From a virus, in the IMG/VR virus record IMGVR_UViG_3300011113_000747, positions 1 through 64,000 of that record: DNA of 64,000 bases. One strand, given 5' to 3'. Within the stretch, counting starts at the first letter, position 1; each line of letters starts with the position of its first letter. This document shows, one piece after another, positions 37,679-47,949 of this stretch. Under the pieces are notes generated by a model that did no database searches, was not told the DNA's origin, and was given only the letters and a program-made list of their open reading frames with translations. Both the position numbers and the translations under genes were made by a program.

Positions 37679-37874
37679 TTAATGCTAACTTAACATTATC
37701 ACTAATTTTATTCAAAAATTGTTTCATAATGTCATTCAACGCTTTATTAGCAGCTGTTGGGTCCATTGCTAAAACATCTTTACGATTAAGCTTAATGGTG
37801 TATTCAATACTCTTATCATTTAAAGCTACATTTGTGGTGATTGTAACTACGTCTGGTTCTGTTTTTGGTTTCAT
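37665..37874 (-). CDS. Hypothetical protein
   Basis: Coupled ORF. Confidence 0.6.
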   Translation of the reverse strand: MKPKTEPDVVTITTNVALNDKSIEYTIKLNRKDVLAMDPTAANKALNDIMKQFLNKISDNVKLALNDNI

Positions 37875-37875
37875 G

Positions 37876-38457
37876 TTAAACTATTACTTTGGATGTTGCG
37901 ACAAAAATGTCATTGGTTAAATTATAAAATTCTGTTTCCACTTCAGCCATAAACTCCAAACACTTTTCAATTGATAAGTTGGTTGAATATGCAAAATTAG
38001 GAGCAAGCGGACCTGCAACAATATTGATACCAGTATGACCAATTGCAACATTATCTTTACTATATGTAATGCTCACACTTGCTTTCCCCTTTTCTTGTTC
38101 TGTACCATCACTACCGATAAATTTATCGTATACCATAATATCATCACCCTTTACAGAAATACTCTTGTTGATATATTTGTAAAGAATGCTAGCAATCTTA
38201 GTATTAAAAAGTCTCTGAAAACAAACTGCTCCAAAACTATCTAAGTTAGGAATTTCCCAACAGAAGTTCATAGCACCTTGACTTACAATATAGTCGTTTG
38301 ACATTGAATCTTCTAAGTCAATTAAGTTTGTGGACACCAACATAGGTCCAATAAACGAAACAATATCACCAGTTGCACAAACATTTTTCTTCAAAAATCT
38401 ATAAGCAAATCTCTGATGAATAAGAGAGCCGTCGTAATTTTTTTCTTCAATATACAT
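37876..38457 (-). CDS. DUF366-like protein (biotin/lipoate ligase fold)
   Basis: YDGSLI..FAY, GDIVSFIGPM, DLED, GDDI, HTGINI. Confidence 0.65.
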   Translation of the reverse strand: MYIEEKNYDGSLIHQRFAYRFLKKNVCATGDIVSFIGPMLVSTNLIDLEDSMSNDYIVSQGAMNFCWEIPNLDSFGAVCFQRLFNTKIASILYKYINKSISVKGDDIMVYDKFIGSDGTEQEKGKASVSITYSKDNVAIGHTGINIVAGPLAPNFAYSTNLSIEKCLEFMAEVETEFYNLTNDIFVATSKVIV

Positions 38458-38463
38458 ATCTTA

Positions 38464-39462
38464 TTATGGTATAAGATTAGCGTTTTTCAACTTTAAAACT
38501 GTTTGTTTTACTGCCATCCACATATCCATATATGTGTAAGTTGCTAACCTACCTAGAAAAATAACATTATCTTCTTTATCAGCTAACTCTTTATATTTTG
38601 TATACATTTGCAACCCCTCACCCCATGGAATTGGATAAAATGGAATATTTTTACCGTTATATGGTTCTGGATATTCTTCTGTTATAATAGTGGTGCCTTT
38701 GTGGTTTGGTGTAAAAAAGCTGTGATCATACGTTCTTGTAAAATCAACAGCTTTTGTATTTTGATTGTATACCACTGCATCAAATTTATTTTCAGAGGTA
38801 ATATGCTTAAACCACAAAGATCTGTATGGTAACTGACCGAAACAATAATTAAAATACTCATCAATTTTACCAGTATATATTGTAAGATCTGCTTGTTCTT
38901 TTTTCCATTCATCAATAGTGCAGTTAAGTCTCACTTCAATACCTTGTAACATTTTTTCAAACATTTTTGTATAACCTTCTTTAGGAATGCATTGATATTT
39001 CTGTCCCTCAAACCAAGTAGGATCTTCACAATCTTTTGTTTTAGGGATTCGGTTAGTAATAGATTTAGGAATTTGATCAAAAGGTACACCCCACTGTTTT
39101 TCGGAATAATCTGCGAAAATTACATCGATAATCTCTTCTTGGGACAATTCTCTTTTAAGTTCACTTTCTGTTTTCTTGCTATATGGTAATGAAATAATAC
39201 CTAGTTTTGTTGCACCTTTGGGTTTATATTCAAACGGAACCCATTCTGTAAATTGTGACAAAAACGCAAAAACTTCTTCATCATCTGTATGAAAAATATG
39301 AGGTCCATAATTGTGCACTATTGTACCGCAAATATTTGAATCATAGCAGTTGCCGCCTATGTGGTTTCGTGATTCAAATATTGTCACTTCATGCCCATGA
39401 TCTTTTAAAAGACGTGCTGCGACCACACCAGATAACCCACAGCCTACTATATTAGCTTTCAT
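38464..39462 (-). CDS. glf: UDP-galactopyranose mutase
   Basis: VGCGLSG FAD motif, HIGGNCY, YGPHIFHT, FYPIP, GRLATYTYMDM. Confidence 0.95.
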   Translation of the reverse strand: MKANIVGCGLSGVVAARLLKDHGHEVTIFESRNHIGGNCYDSNICGTIVHNYGPHIFHTDDEEVFAFLSQFTEWVPFEYKPKGATKLGIISLPYSKKTESELKRELSQEEIIDVIFADYSEKQWGVPFDQIPKSITNRIPKTKDCEDPTWFEGQKYQCIPKEGYTKMFEKMLQGIEVRLNCTIDEWKKEQADLTIYTGKIDEYFNYCFGQLPYRSLWFKHITSENKFDAVVYNQNTKAVDFTRTYDHSFFTPNHKGTTIITEEYPEPYNGKNIPFYPIPWGEGLQMYTKYKELADKEDNVIFLGRLATYTYMDMWMAVKQTVLKLKNANLIP

Positions 39463-40069
39463 GCACCCAGAAATTATTGTTTATGATTTTAAATGATTCG
39501 CCGAATGATTCAGTTACAGCTTTTTTAACACCAGGCCAAGTATCCGTATAATCATCCCCGAACATTACTCCGTTCTTATTTAACAGCTTTTTGTAGTTGT
39601 GTATATCTGATAAAACATCTTCATATTCGTGTGACGCATCAATATACATTAAATCTGCTTTTATACCATGATATGATAATACTTTATGGGCTATATTTGA
39701 TGGTAATGGTAACGGTGTAATGTACTCGTCTGTTTCTGTATGGACAACATTTGATAAAAACTGGAAATATATTTGTGGGTACCCATTTTTCAAAAGTAAA
39801 TTTCTCTCTTCTGTATTTGCTAGATTTGTCCAAAATTCTACAGCACCCAGCCATGTATCAATACAAAAAATTTGACATTGTATATTATGCTTCTTACATA
39901 TGCGTGCCATGTTAATAGCCGATGCACCTTTCCATGTTCCTACCTCCACTATTACAGCTGGTTTTGTTTGTAGTATTAATGATTCAAAGACATTATCATT
40001 GCTGTTCCATCCTCTTAAATCGAGGGGAAGTAAATTTATATTTTTATAGATGGTTTTATCGTTTATCAT
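39452..40069 (-). CDS. Class I SAM methyltransferase (Methyltransf_24-like)
   Basis: VEVGTWKGAS, IDTW, YIDASHEY, GDDY. Confidence 0.88.
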   Translation of the reverse strand: MINDKTIYKNINLLPLDLRGWNSNDNVFESLILQTKPAVIVEVGTWKGASAINMARICKKHNIQCQIFCIDTWLGAVEFWTNLANTEERNLLLKNGYPQIYFQFLSNVVHTETDEYITPLPLPSNIAHKVLSYHGIKADLMYIDASHEYEDVLSDIHNYKKLLNKNGVMFGDDYTDTWPGVKKAVTESFGESFKIINNNFWVHES

Positions 40070-40741
40070 TTAAATATTTACAGTCATATTATCAATAGGG
40101 GTCTGTCCCCAATTTGATTTGTTTTTATACAAATCAATATGCGGATAATATTCTGTTCTTCTATTTGTTTTTGTTCCGTACCAGTCATCAGGTTCTGTAA
40201 CTACAAAACCACTATATTCACCATACACTGCTGGGGTGGGTCCTGTTCTCCACAGCAAAAAATCCTCGTTTTCTACATGCCATTTTTTACAGTTTAAAAT
40301 ACCCTGATGTGTATAGTCTTTGTTCTTTATAGAAAGAATTAGTTGTTTGTTTGCCAACAGGTAGTCTCCTCTGTATGCACCTATCGACATTGACGGCATG
40401 TCTTTGATGGCTATTTTTTCAGGATTGTCTGCTGGTATATTTTCTATTTTGTTCTTAAAATTTCTACCTACTTTGCATGTATCATGCAACAAAAACCAAT
40501 AGTCTTCTTGGAGGTTATTTTCCACTATACCTATAAGTGCTGTTAACTCAAATGTATTGTTATCTAACAAATAACTAGTACACCCATATAACTCTTTTTT
40601 ATCACAAACGCTATAACCACCAATAAAAATAATTATATCGTTAACAGTGTAACCTGCATCCAGTAGTGATGGTAATAACGTTGGTAATGTTTTTTCGTAA
40701 AAATCTATATTTGAAGCTATAGCTATTTTCATTTCATCCAT
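40070..40741 (-). CDS. Glycosyltransferase-like protein
   Basis: WFLLHDT DXD-like motif; located in GT cluster. Confidence 0.5.
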   Translation of the reverse strand: MDEMKIAIASNIDFYEKTLPTLLPSLLDAGYTVNDIIIFIGGYSVCDKKELYGCTSYLLDNNTFELTALIGIVENNLQEDYWFLLHDTCKVGRNFKNKIENIPADNPEKIAIKDMPSMSIGAYRGDYLLANKQLILSIKNKDYTHQGILNCKKWHVENEDFLLWRTGPTPAVYGEYSGFVVTEPDDWYGTKTNRRTEYYPHIDLYKNKSNWGQTPIDNMTVNI

Positions 40742-41412
40742 TTTTTGTTAAAAACTGCTGTCTGGTTATAAGTCATTTCTTGTAATTTAGTTGATGGTAC
40801 CGTATCATGTGAACTACTTGTTTCATGATACACTCTTGATGTTGTTACAAGCGCATGTGGTATAGAATGCTGCTGTAATGTTAACCCATAGTCATTATCT
40901 TGATACCAGAAATTAAATGTTTCATCGAATAAATTACACTGATCAATAACACTTTTATGTACTACAATACACCAACCTGCAATTTCATGTGCAGCTCTAT
41001 AACCATAGTGGTGTGTTACATCATTATTTAGCCCATGCTGTTTATGCCAATTTGGCTCATAAGGTGACATTGACAGTACTTCAGGTACTTTTTTTTGAAA
41101 AATCATTAATTTGGTAAACCAGTTTTCAGTGTAAATAACGTCATTATTTGATATTACAATCCAATCAGATTTACACTCAGTAAGACCGATGTTTAAAAAT
41201 CTATTATAATTAAATTCTTCACCAGGAATTATAACTGTTGAATTATGATAAACATATCCATCTTGCAAATAATTGGGGTTTGTTTCAACTATAATTTCAT
41301 TAAATTTAAATTCCTTTTCACTAGCTCTTAGTGTATTAAGTGTTCTAGTAGTTAAACCGTAATGTTTTAGACTAGCTGTATTTGATAAGATAATAATATC
41401 TACTTGTTGCAT
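40729..41412 (-). CDS. GT2-family glycosyltransferase
   Basis: IIILS, NRFLNIG, SNNDV, WYQDND. Confidence 0.85.
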   Translation of the reverse strand: MQQVDIIILSNTASLKHYGLTTRTLNTLRASEKEFKFNEIIVETNPNYLQDGYVYHNSTVIIPGEEFNYNRFLNIGLTECKSDWIVISNNDVIYTENWFTKLMIFQKKVPEVLSMSPYEPNWHKQHGLNNDVTHHYGYRAAHEIAGWCIVVHKSVIDQCNLFDETFNFWYQDNDYGLTLQQHSIPHALVTTSRVYHETSSSHDTVPSTKLQEMTYNQTAVFNKKWMK

Positions 41413-41413
41413 T

Positions 41414-42127
41414 TTATAATAATGTTATAATGTCTTGGTAATATTTTTGTCTTACCAGTTCACCGTATTTTTTTAAATTTTCATCAGGATGTGTACCACC
41501 AAAATCAATGTCAGTATCTGGTTTAGTAGGATTATAACTCTGCACACGCCATGACATACCTTCATAGTGAATATATTTTTTATTTCTAAAATCCATATCT
41601 CCTATTGTTAAACCATTTAACTTTATATCTTCATACATAGTTGAACCAATATTATAAACTCTAGAAGTTGCTTTACTTTTACGTGTTCGTTCTTCATCAA
41701 AGAATACAATATTATGTTTGTTTATTTGATCTAGATCAATAAAACAAAAACTTGGATCCACTCTAGGGTAAAGTAATTTACCACCTTCATCACCTACAAC
41801 TCTACCCGCTAATGCTACCCCACTACTCACAAATTTATTGAACAGTGGTTGTAAATTATCAATAATAATTACATCTGAGTCTACTAGTAAAACATATTTT
41901 GTTTTAATTTGTTTTAATCCATAATTAACACCATTACCATGAACAGCACCTTTTAAATTTATAAAATTTAAATTATTAGAAACTAAAACCTTTTGTGATT
42001 CATCTTCTGTAGATGTATTCACAATAAAAAAATTATACTCTAACTTACTATTTTTATCAAATGATTTCTTTAAATTTAAAATAAGATCAGGTGTATTATA
42101 ATTACAGGTTAATACTGTTAAGTTCAT
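41414..42127 (-). CDS. GT2-family glycosyltransferase
   Basis: TCNYNT, LLVDSDV. Confidence 0.8.
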   Translation of the reverse strand: MNLTVLTCNYNTPDLILNLKKSFDKNSKLEYNFFIVNTSTEDESQKVLVSNNLNFINLKGAVHGNGVNYGLKQIKTKYVLLVDSDVIIIDNLQPLFNKFVSSGVALAGRVVGDEGGKLLYPRVDPSFCFIDLDQINKHNIVFFDEERTRKSKATSRVYNIGSTMYEDIKLNGLTIGDMDFRNKKYIHYEGMSWRVQSYNPTKPDTDIDFGGTHPDENLKKYGELVRQKYYQDIITLL

Positions 42128-42896
42128 TAATTTTTTGTTTGCAAAATTTTGTTATTTCACTCACCGATTGTAGTGGTATTTGTAATGGTAAACATCCATG
42201 TTTTTCAACAAATATTTTATCAGCATCTTTCATCATTTGTTGGTGGTTTGGTTTTGATGAAATTGTAGATTTTTCTAAACTCCATTCTTCATCACCTAAA
42301 TAGTCCCATGAATTTTCAATATCTGCAAAATACCAAAAAGGAGGATGCATACCTGCTTTAATTATTTCATAAGTGTGATCTACATGCTCACATGCATTGT
42401 AATATCTTTCATCAATTATACCTATTTTATCAATGCATTTTCGAGTATAAAGAGAAAATGCACCCACACAATGTGGGTATAGTGGTAACTTTATTTTACC
42501 ATAATCAACAACAATTCGAGGATTAGGTGTACCTGCAGGCCATGATTTATTCATCATACCATGTTGTGAAAAATTGAAATGTTGAATACCAGTAAGTTTT
42601 GATGCTTCAATATATTTGCTAAAAACAGATACATCTTTAATATAAATATCATCCTCAATCAAAAACAAATAATCACATCCTTTTTCCATGAGGTATTTTA
42701 ACGCTTTGTTTTTTGATTTACCCACACCTAAGTTAACTTCGTTTTCAATTAATACACCATTACCAATATCAAATGGTAATGGTTTACCGTCATTCACAAC
42801 GACAATTTCATTAACTTGTGCAGGTATTAACGAATTTAAACACTTACGTAAAAGTTCTGGTCTATTATGGGTTATAATACCAACTCCAATTTTCAT
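42102..42896 (-). CDS. GT2-family glycosyltransferase
   Basis: ITHNRP, VVNDG, KSKN, IEDD, EHVD. Confidence 0.88.
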   Translation of the reverse strand: MKIGVGIITHNRPELLRKCLNSLIPAQVNEIVVVNDGKPLPFDIGNGVLIENEVNLGVGKSKNKALKYLMEKGCDYLFLIEDDIYIKDVSVFSKYIEASKLTGIQHFNFSQHGMMNKSWPAGTPNPRIVVDYGKIKLPLYPHCVGAFSLYTRKCIDKIGIIDERYYNACEHVDHTYEIIKAGMHPPFWYFADIENSWDYLGDEEWSLEKSTISSKPNHQQMMKDADKIFVEKHGCLPLQIPLQSVSEITKFCKQKINELNSINL

Positions 42897-42943
42897 ATTT
42901 AAAATTTAATATCCAATCCGCTAAACTCAACATAAATAATAGT

Positions 42944-43594
42944 ATGCAGACTAACGGTAAAGACATTTACGTAAATATAAAAGAGTTACCTCTTGTTAAT
43001 GAGGTACAGGCAGGTGATTTTTTTATTGTCGAAACCACACAAGGTACAAATATTATTGATTTTTCTAATATTATCATACCACCTGAAAATACTTCTTTTT
43101 ATGGAGAAATACAGCAACTTCAAACTGACGTTGCTGGTCTTTCAACACTTTATGATTTACAGACAGCTTTAATTGTAGCTGTATCTGGGGAGTTAGATAC
43201 CAAGATTGATTCTACTTCTGCAGAACTTCAAACATCTATCGATAGTGTATCTGCAAATCTTTATGAAAGATTTTATCTTGTAGGTGGTGGTGTTACCTTT
43301 GATGGTAACAGTGTTGAAACAACTGCAGGTGTGAGATGTTTTGCTATCCGAAATGGTGTTGGTAATTATAGTATTGTTTTTGATGACAGTATTGCTACTG
43401 CAGTAGCATCATCTAATCAAGATAAAACAATCGTTCTTGGTGTTGATGGTAACGTAGCTACCGTACAAACATTCCAACTTTCTTATACCTTTGATGTATC
43501 TGGTGGTAGTGGTACTACAGCGATTTCAGCTATTGAAACAGCTCTTTCTTATGAACCGTTTGATGCAGATATTGTTACTGTGATGGGGTTTTAA
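42944..43594 (+). CDS. Late virion-associated protein (fibre/collar-like)
   Basis: CATAAATA promoter; NIKELP N-terminus, coiled coil, RNGVGNYSIVF beta domain. Confidence 0.5.
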   Translation: MQTNGKDIYVNIKELPLVNEVQAGDFFIVETTQGTNIIDFSNIIIPPENTSFYGEIQQLQTDVAGLSTLYDLQTALIVAVSGELDTKIDSTSAELQTSIDSVSANLYERFYLVGGGVTFDGNSVETTAGVRCFAIRNGVGNYSIVFDDSIATAVASSNQDKTIVLGVDGNVATVQTFQLSYTFDVSGGSGTTAISAIETALSYEPFDADIVTVMGF

Positions 43595-44321
43595 TTTCAC
43601 TAATTAGTTTATTGATTTCATCATCATAGGCTTTTTGCTCTTTTTGTTCTTTGAGCAGCTGCTCCATAATATCTAACTGTTCACCACTAAAGATGCTATG
43701 TTCTTCACCGTAGAGTTCACCACCCTCACCAATATAGTCACCAATTGTAATAAGTCTATTTTCTCTAGATCCCCAAATATCAATTACACCTGGTGAATCA
43801 TTTTTTGGCCAAAATACATCAGCATCAAAATTAGTCTTATACTGATCAATAATACCTTTAAAAATCTGATCAATTTGTTCTCTGTAGATAACACTTACAT
43901 CTCTAAATTCATCATCAACAATACCAAAATTGCATTTATCTGCAGGGATGTAAAAAATAATGTCAAGATTTCTCATTGACTCTTTAACCATGTCAATGGT
44001 TTCATCTACAAACTTACCGTCAATAGAACCAGGCATATATCTATATGCCCAGAGAGTATATACAAGATTATCTAACAAGCAACGATCATAAACAATCTTA
44101 TCACCTTGCTTATTTTTTTTAATTTCACCGTACATCCAATCACGAATTAAACGCTGAGTTTCCTGAGTTGTATTTGAAGAATGGGTAAGTCCATTCTCTT
44201 TAATTACATCCCTATAGCTTTTATCTAAAGTTTTATATTGCGGCCAACAAGTAAGAAAGTCTCTAATTAGTGTTGTCTTACCGGTATTTTGTGCGCCTGA
44301 AAAAGCTATTCTCATAATCAA
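43575..44321 (-). CDS. P-loop kinase/ATPase (AAA_28-like), second copy
   Basis: GAQNTGKTT; YDRCLLD. Confidence 0.8.
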   Translation of the reverse strand: MIMRIAFSGAQNTGKTTLIRDFLTCWPQYKTLDKSYRDVIKENGLTHSSNTTQETQRLIRDWMYGEIKKNKQGDKIVYDRCLLDNLVYTLWAYRYMPGSIDGKFVDETIDMVKESMRNLDIIFYIPADKCNFGIVDDEFRDVSVIYREQIDQIFKGIIDQYKTNFDADVFWPKNDSPGVIDIWGSRENRLITIGDYIGEGGELYGEEHSIFSGEQLDIMEQLLKEQKEQKAYDDEINKLISEIKTPSQ

Positions 44322-44329
44322 TATATAGT

Positions 44330-44980
44330 TTAATGTCCGAAAGCTTCAATGGTATATTTGAAAGGATTACCTTCAATGTTTTTTACAAGATCAAGCATGG
44401 TTGCGGCAATGTCACGAATTTCTTTCTGTGCATCAGGCTTGTTACGAAGCCTCAAGAAATGATGAAAAGACCTCCAATTGAACATTACATCAGCTTGAAT
44501 CTGAGAGTTGTATGTCTTGAAGAAACGGGCAGATTCTTTTGCACGCTTGCGACCAAGAACAGGTTCAAGGTCTTTGAGGCATTGATGATAAATTCTATTA
44601 CCTAATTCAGTATATTCCTTCAAAGCATCTAACCAAGTTTCACCCGTTTTCTTCCAAGAAATTTCTATATCTTCCCAATCATCAGGAATGTAATATTTGT
44701 CTTCTTTCAGTTCTTTATACCTAGCACTCTCACCATTGATTGAAACACCAATGCGATGCTTAAGAAGGTGAATGTGAGAAGCAATGTCGCAATCCACAAG
44801 AAAATGCAGGCTGCTTTTCTCGAAAGGGGTATGGTGTCCTGCATCTGCAAGCATTTTGAGGAGTTTCGGAATGCGTTCACGTTTTTCTTCTGTAATGTCA
44901 CGGCTAGTAGAGGTCCATGCAGAGCATGCATGAATCTCGTCACTGCCGTAAAATCCAATTAGTTCAACTTTGTTTTTCAT
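44330..44980 (-). CDS. thyX: FAD-dependent thymidylate synthase
   Basis: GHHTPFE, KHRIGVSINGESARY, NWRS..HFLRLR, AQKEIR. Confidence 0.95.
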   Translation of the reverse strand: MKNKVELIGFYGSDEIHACSAWTSTSRDITEEKRERIPKLLKMLADAGHHTPFEKSSLHFLVDCDIASHIHLLKHRIGVSINGESARYKELKEDKYYIPDDWEDIEISWKKTGETWLDALKEYTELGNRIYHQCLKDLEPVLGRKRAKESARFFKTYNSQIQADVMFNWRSFHHFLRLRNKPDAQKEIRDIAATMLDLVKNIEGNPFKYTIEAFGH

Positions 44981-45339
44981 TCAAGTGTGAGCAAATACAT
45001 TAACTGATTAATTTCAGCTTCAATTTCATCTTTGATATTAAGAAGGTCTTTATTATCACCATTAGCTAAATCCTGTGAAAGATCTGCCATAATTTTATCT
45101 TTATATTCCTGAATAATGTTTACAAAAGACTGTAAAGAATAAGAGTCAAGACTAAAACCGTATTGCATTTCTTTTTCTGGTCGTCCATACTTACCATAAT
45201 AAACTTCAACAAATCTATCAAATAGTTTATCTAAAGCTTCATATGCGTTACCAAGAGCAATATGTTGTGCATAAGATCTAGTTTGCCAGTGAAAAATTTT
45301 AATCTGACTTAGGAATGCTAGGAATGTAGTTAATTTCAT
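44977..45339 (-). CDS. Ferritin-like four-helix protein (DUF5856-type)
   Basis: HWQT.SYAQH.ALG..Y...D.F.E..YGKYGR; N...YLLTL. Confidence 0.75.
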   Translation of the reverse strand: MKLTTFLAFLSQIKIFHWQTRSYAQHIALGNAYEALDKLFDRFVEVYYGKYGRPEKEMQYGFSLDSYSLQSFVNIIQEYKDKIMADLSQDLANGDNKDLLNIKDEIEAEINQLMYLLTLE

Positions 45340-45959
45340 TTTGTTATATTGTAAATGTAATGGTCTGAAGTTTCAATCTTGCGACTATTTTCCACAGAAT
45401 ATAAATTCATATCAATAAGATATCCAGGATTTTTTTCAATTCTATTTTTAATCCAAGCATCATCATACCAAATAACTCTGTTATTTGGATAGGCAAAATA
45501 ATTACCTTCATCCATTTTAAATACATGAGCACATTTATGTTCAGATGTTTCTGAAAAATTTATATCAGTAGCTCCTGATTTATTTTCCCAAGACCAATCT
45601 AATGTAAACATATAAATGCCTTGTAGCTTTTCTTGTTTATAAGTTATAAGCTCTGCTCTAAGACCTGATAATCTCTGCCTTACCTGCACATCAATATAGG
45701 GTGAAAAACAATCCCAATACATATGCTCATTCAACGGTCTTACTGGAGCATCTTTTTTCCAACAAAAAGCATTGATGGGTCTACGAGTCCAGTTAACACC
45801 ATTTTCTAAAAATGCTTCAAATAACGGTGAGCGTTTTTCTATAGATGCTACACTATGTACATCACATAGTGTAAATTGTCCATGCCCTTTAGTATGGTTA
45901 AACATATACTCATTACGAATGTAACAAGTAATTACAGGTATATTGTGATTAAGATACAT
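45336..45959 (-). CDS. Conserved phage hypothetical protein
   Basis: Coupled ORF; YPNNRVIW. Confidence 0.7.
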   Translation of the reverse strand: MYLNHNIPVITCYIRNEYMFNHTKGHGQFTLCDVHSVASIEKRSPLFEAFLENGVNWTRRPINAFCWKKDAPVRPLNEHMYWDCFSPYIDVQVRQRLSGLRAELITYKQEKLQGIYMFTLDWSWENKSGATDINFSETSEHKCAHVFKMDEGNYFAYPNNRVIWYDDAWIKNRIEKNPGYLIDMNLYSVENSRKIETSDHYIYNITK

Positions 45960-46350
45960 TCCAGTCTCTTTCTTTTGGCAAGTAGTAGCAAGTCAATTCT
46001 TCACCTGAAATAATATTTCTAATGGCCCAATATTCATCTGTTTCAGAGTCATAATGAAGATTGGGGTTATCAGAATGATTTACAAAATATGATGCATTGA
46101 TATCATTGGGTGGTCTATCAATAATAATTCCAGATTCGTTTGTATGACAAATTGATTTAAAATATGATAATGAAATAAATGGAATTACATCCCATGGTAA
46201 GGTGTAATTGCGTTTTGGTTTAAACACTAAAGTGTCTTTTGCTATGTTGGTGACAGCAAACACACCAACCCCACCTTTATCAATAATAGATGGTTTGAGC
46301 CTCACAATATGCTCTTCTTTAAACGCTTGTAATATATCTAGATAGTTCAT
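45949..46350 (-). CDS. SET-domain protein-lysine methyltransferase
   Basis: G.GVFA, NHSDNPN, GEELTCYY. Confidence 0.88.
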   Translation of the reverse strand: MNYLDILQAFKEEHIVRLKPSIIDKGGVGVFAVTNIAKDTLVFKPKRNYTLPWDVIPFISLSYFKSICHTNESGIIIDRPPNDINASYFVNHSDNPNLHYDSETDEYWAIRNIISGEELTCYYLPKERDWNVS

Positions 46351-47123
46351 ACCTTTAAAGCTTTATCCCAGAGAAGTAAATGAAGTCGAGGACTGAAATT
46401 AACATTCATTGCTTTTGCATACTCTGCAACTGCAGGAGCTTTTTCAATATGTTCAGCACGAGAACCACAACATGGCATAAACCAAATACGATGTAATGGT
46501 ACATTAATACCTTTATCATCATTCACATACTTTTTCCAAACCTCTTCAATATCTTTATCCGTATTAATAACAAATTTAAATCCACTTTCATATTGACTAT
46601 GCCATCTAAGTGCATCTGGTTTGTAAGTTCTATTTTCAGGATCACCATTATGAGTTAATTTTGGTGATGTTGTAAATGTTGCAAAGAAATCTGTCTTCCA
46701 GTTTTGATCAGGAATAATTGTTGCATTAGTTTCAAAATCAATTCGTGGTGTTTTTCCAAGCTTATTTGAAATATATTCAACAAACTTCAACAACTTAATT
46801 TCCTGAATTAGAGGTTCACCACCAGTTAGTTTAAGAATGGCACCTTTATTAAGTTTTTCAGCATAACCACTTTTTAAGAAGAACTCTTCCCAAATATCAG
46901 CAAATTTCATTTTATTTTTTACTGACCATGAAATGTATGAATCACATCCATGAGGTGAATCAGCACTTGCAAATCCTTTACATGTAAGATTGCACATTGA
47001 CATTCTCATAAACACTGAAGGTTGACCAATATATTCACCTTCACCTTCTAGCGTATAAAATAGTTTATCGTCTGATAAGAAGATTACCTCGTCGTCTAAA
47101 TTCATATTTATAGTATAAAACAT
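46347..47123 (-). CDS. queE: 7-carboxy-7-deazaguanine synthase (radical SAM)
   Basis: FYTLEGEG, CNLTC..CDS, LTGGEPL, ETNAT, PRLH..LW. Confidence 0.92.
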   Translation of the reverse strand: MFYTINMNLDDEVIFLSDDKLFYTLEGEGEYIGQPSVFMRMSMCNLTCKGFASADSPHGCDSYISWSVKNKMKFADIWEEFFLKSGYAEKLNKGAILKLTGGEPLIQEIKLLKFVEYISNKLGKTPRIDFETNATIIPDQNWKTDFFATFTTSPKLTHNGDPENRTYKPDALRWHSQYESGFKFVINTDKDIEEVWKKYVNDDKGINVPLHRIWFMPCCGSRAEHIEKAPAVAEYAKAMNVNFSPRLHLLLWDKALKV

Positions 47124-47166
47124 GTTTTGGTCATTTCAACTTGCATTTTGAAAAATAGATAAATAT

Positions 47167-47949
47167 TTGCATATGTCTAAAAAAACTCGTAAACGTGACG
47201 AAAGTCACGAGTTGGTGACGGAATTATATGATAATTTTAACAGAAATGCATACCTCAATTATGAGATAAAAATGCCATTTCAATTTAACGAAAGACATAC
47301 AGAAATGTTACATCTTTTACAAACAAATAAAACCAAAATGGTTTTTGTAGATGGACCAGCTGGAACAGCTAAAACATATATTGCTGTATTAGCAGGATTA
47401 CATCTCCTTAAGGAGCATTACATTGACAATATTTACTATATTAGATCTATTGTCGAGTCTGCATCAAGGCAAATAGGCTCTCTACCTGGAGAAATTGATG
47501 ACAAATTCTTACCATGGTCAATGCCTCTTATTGATAAAATTACAGAGATCTCTGGTAAAATAACTGCTGATAATCTTTACAAAGGTGAAATGATTAAAGG
47601 TTTACCGGTTAATTTTTGTAGAGGTTTAACATTTAACAAATCATTAGTAATTGTTGATGAAGCTCAAAACCTTACTAAAGAAGAGCTTACAACAATTCTT
47701 ACAAGATTTGGTCATAAATCCAAATACGTTATCGTTGGGGATACATTCCAATCAGACATAAAAAACTCCGGATTCAAGGACATATATAATGCCTTCAATA
47801 CGGAGTTTAGTAAAGATAACCAGATTTATTGCCTCAAATTTTATAATGAGGATATTGTAAGATCAGAAATTCTCAAACACATTGTAAGAGTGCTTGAGAG
47901 TATTCCAAAAACTCAACCCCATCTAGTACCAGCAAACAAACCTGAATAA
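47167..47949 (+). CDS. phoH: PhoH-family ATPase
   Basis: GPAGTAKT, GSLPG, RGLTF, DEAQN, GDTFQSD, IVRS. Confidence 0.93.
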   Translation: MHMSKKTRKRDESHELVTELYDNFNRNAYLNYEIKMPFQFNERHTEMLHLLQTNKTKMVFVDGPAGTAKTYIAVLAGLHLLKEHYIDNIYYIRSIVESASRQIGSLPGEIDDKFLPWSMPLIDKITEISGKITADNLYKGEMIKGLPVNFCRGLTFNKSLVIVDEAQNLTKEELTTILTRFGHKSKYVIVGDTFQSDIKNSGFKDIYNAFNTEFSKDNQIYCLKFYNEDIVRSEILKHIVRVLESIPKTQPHLVPANKPE

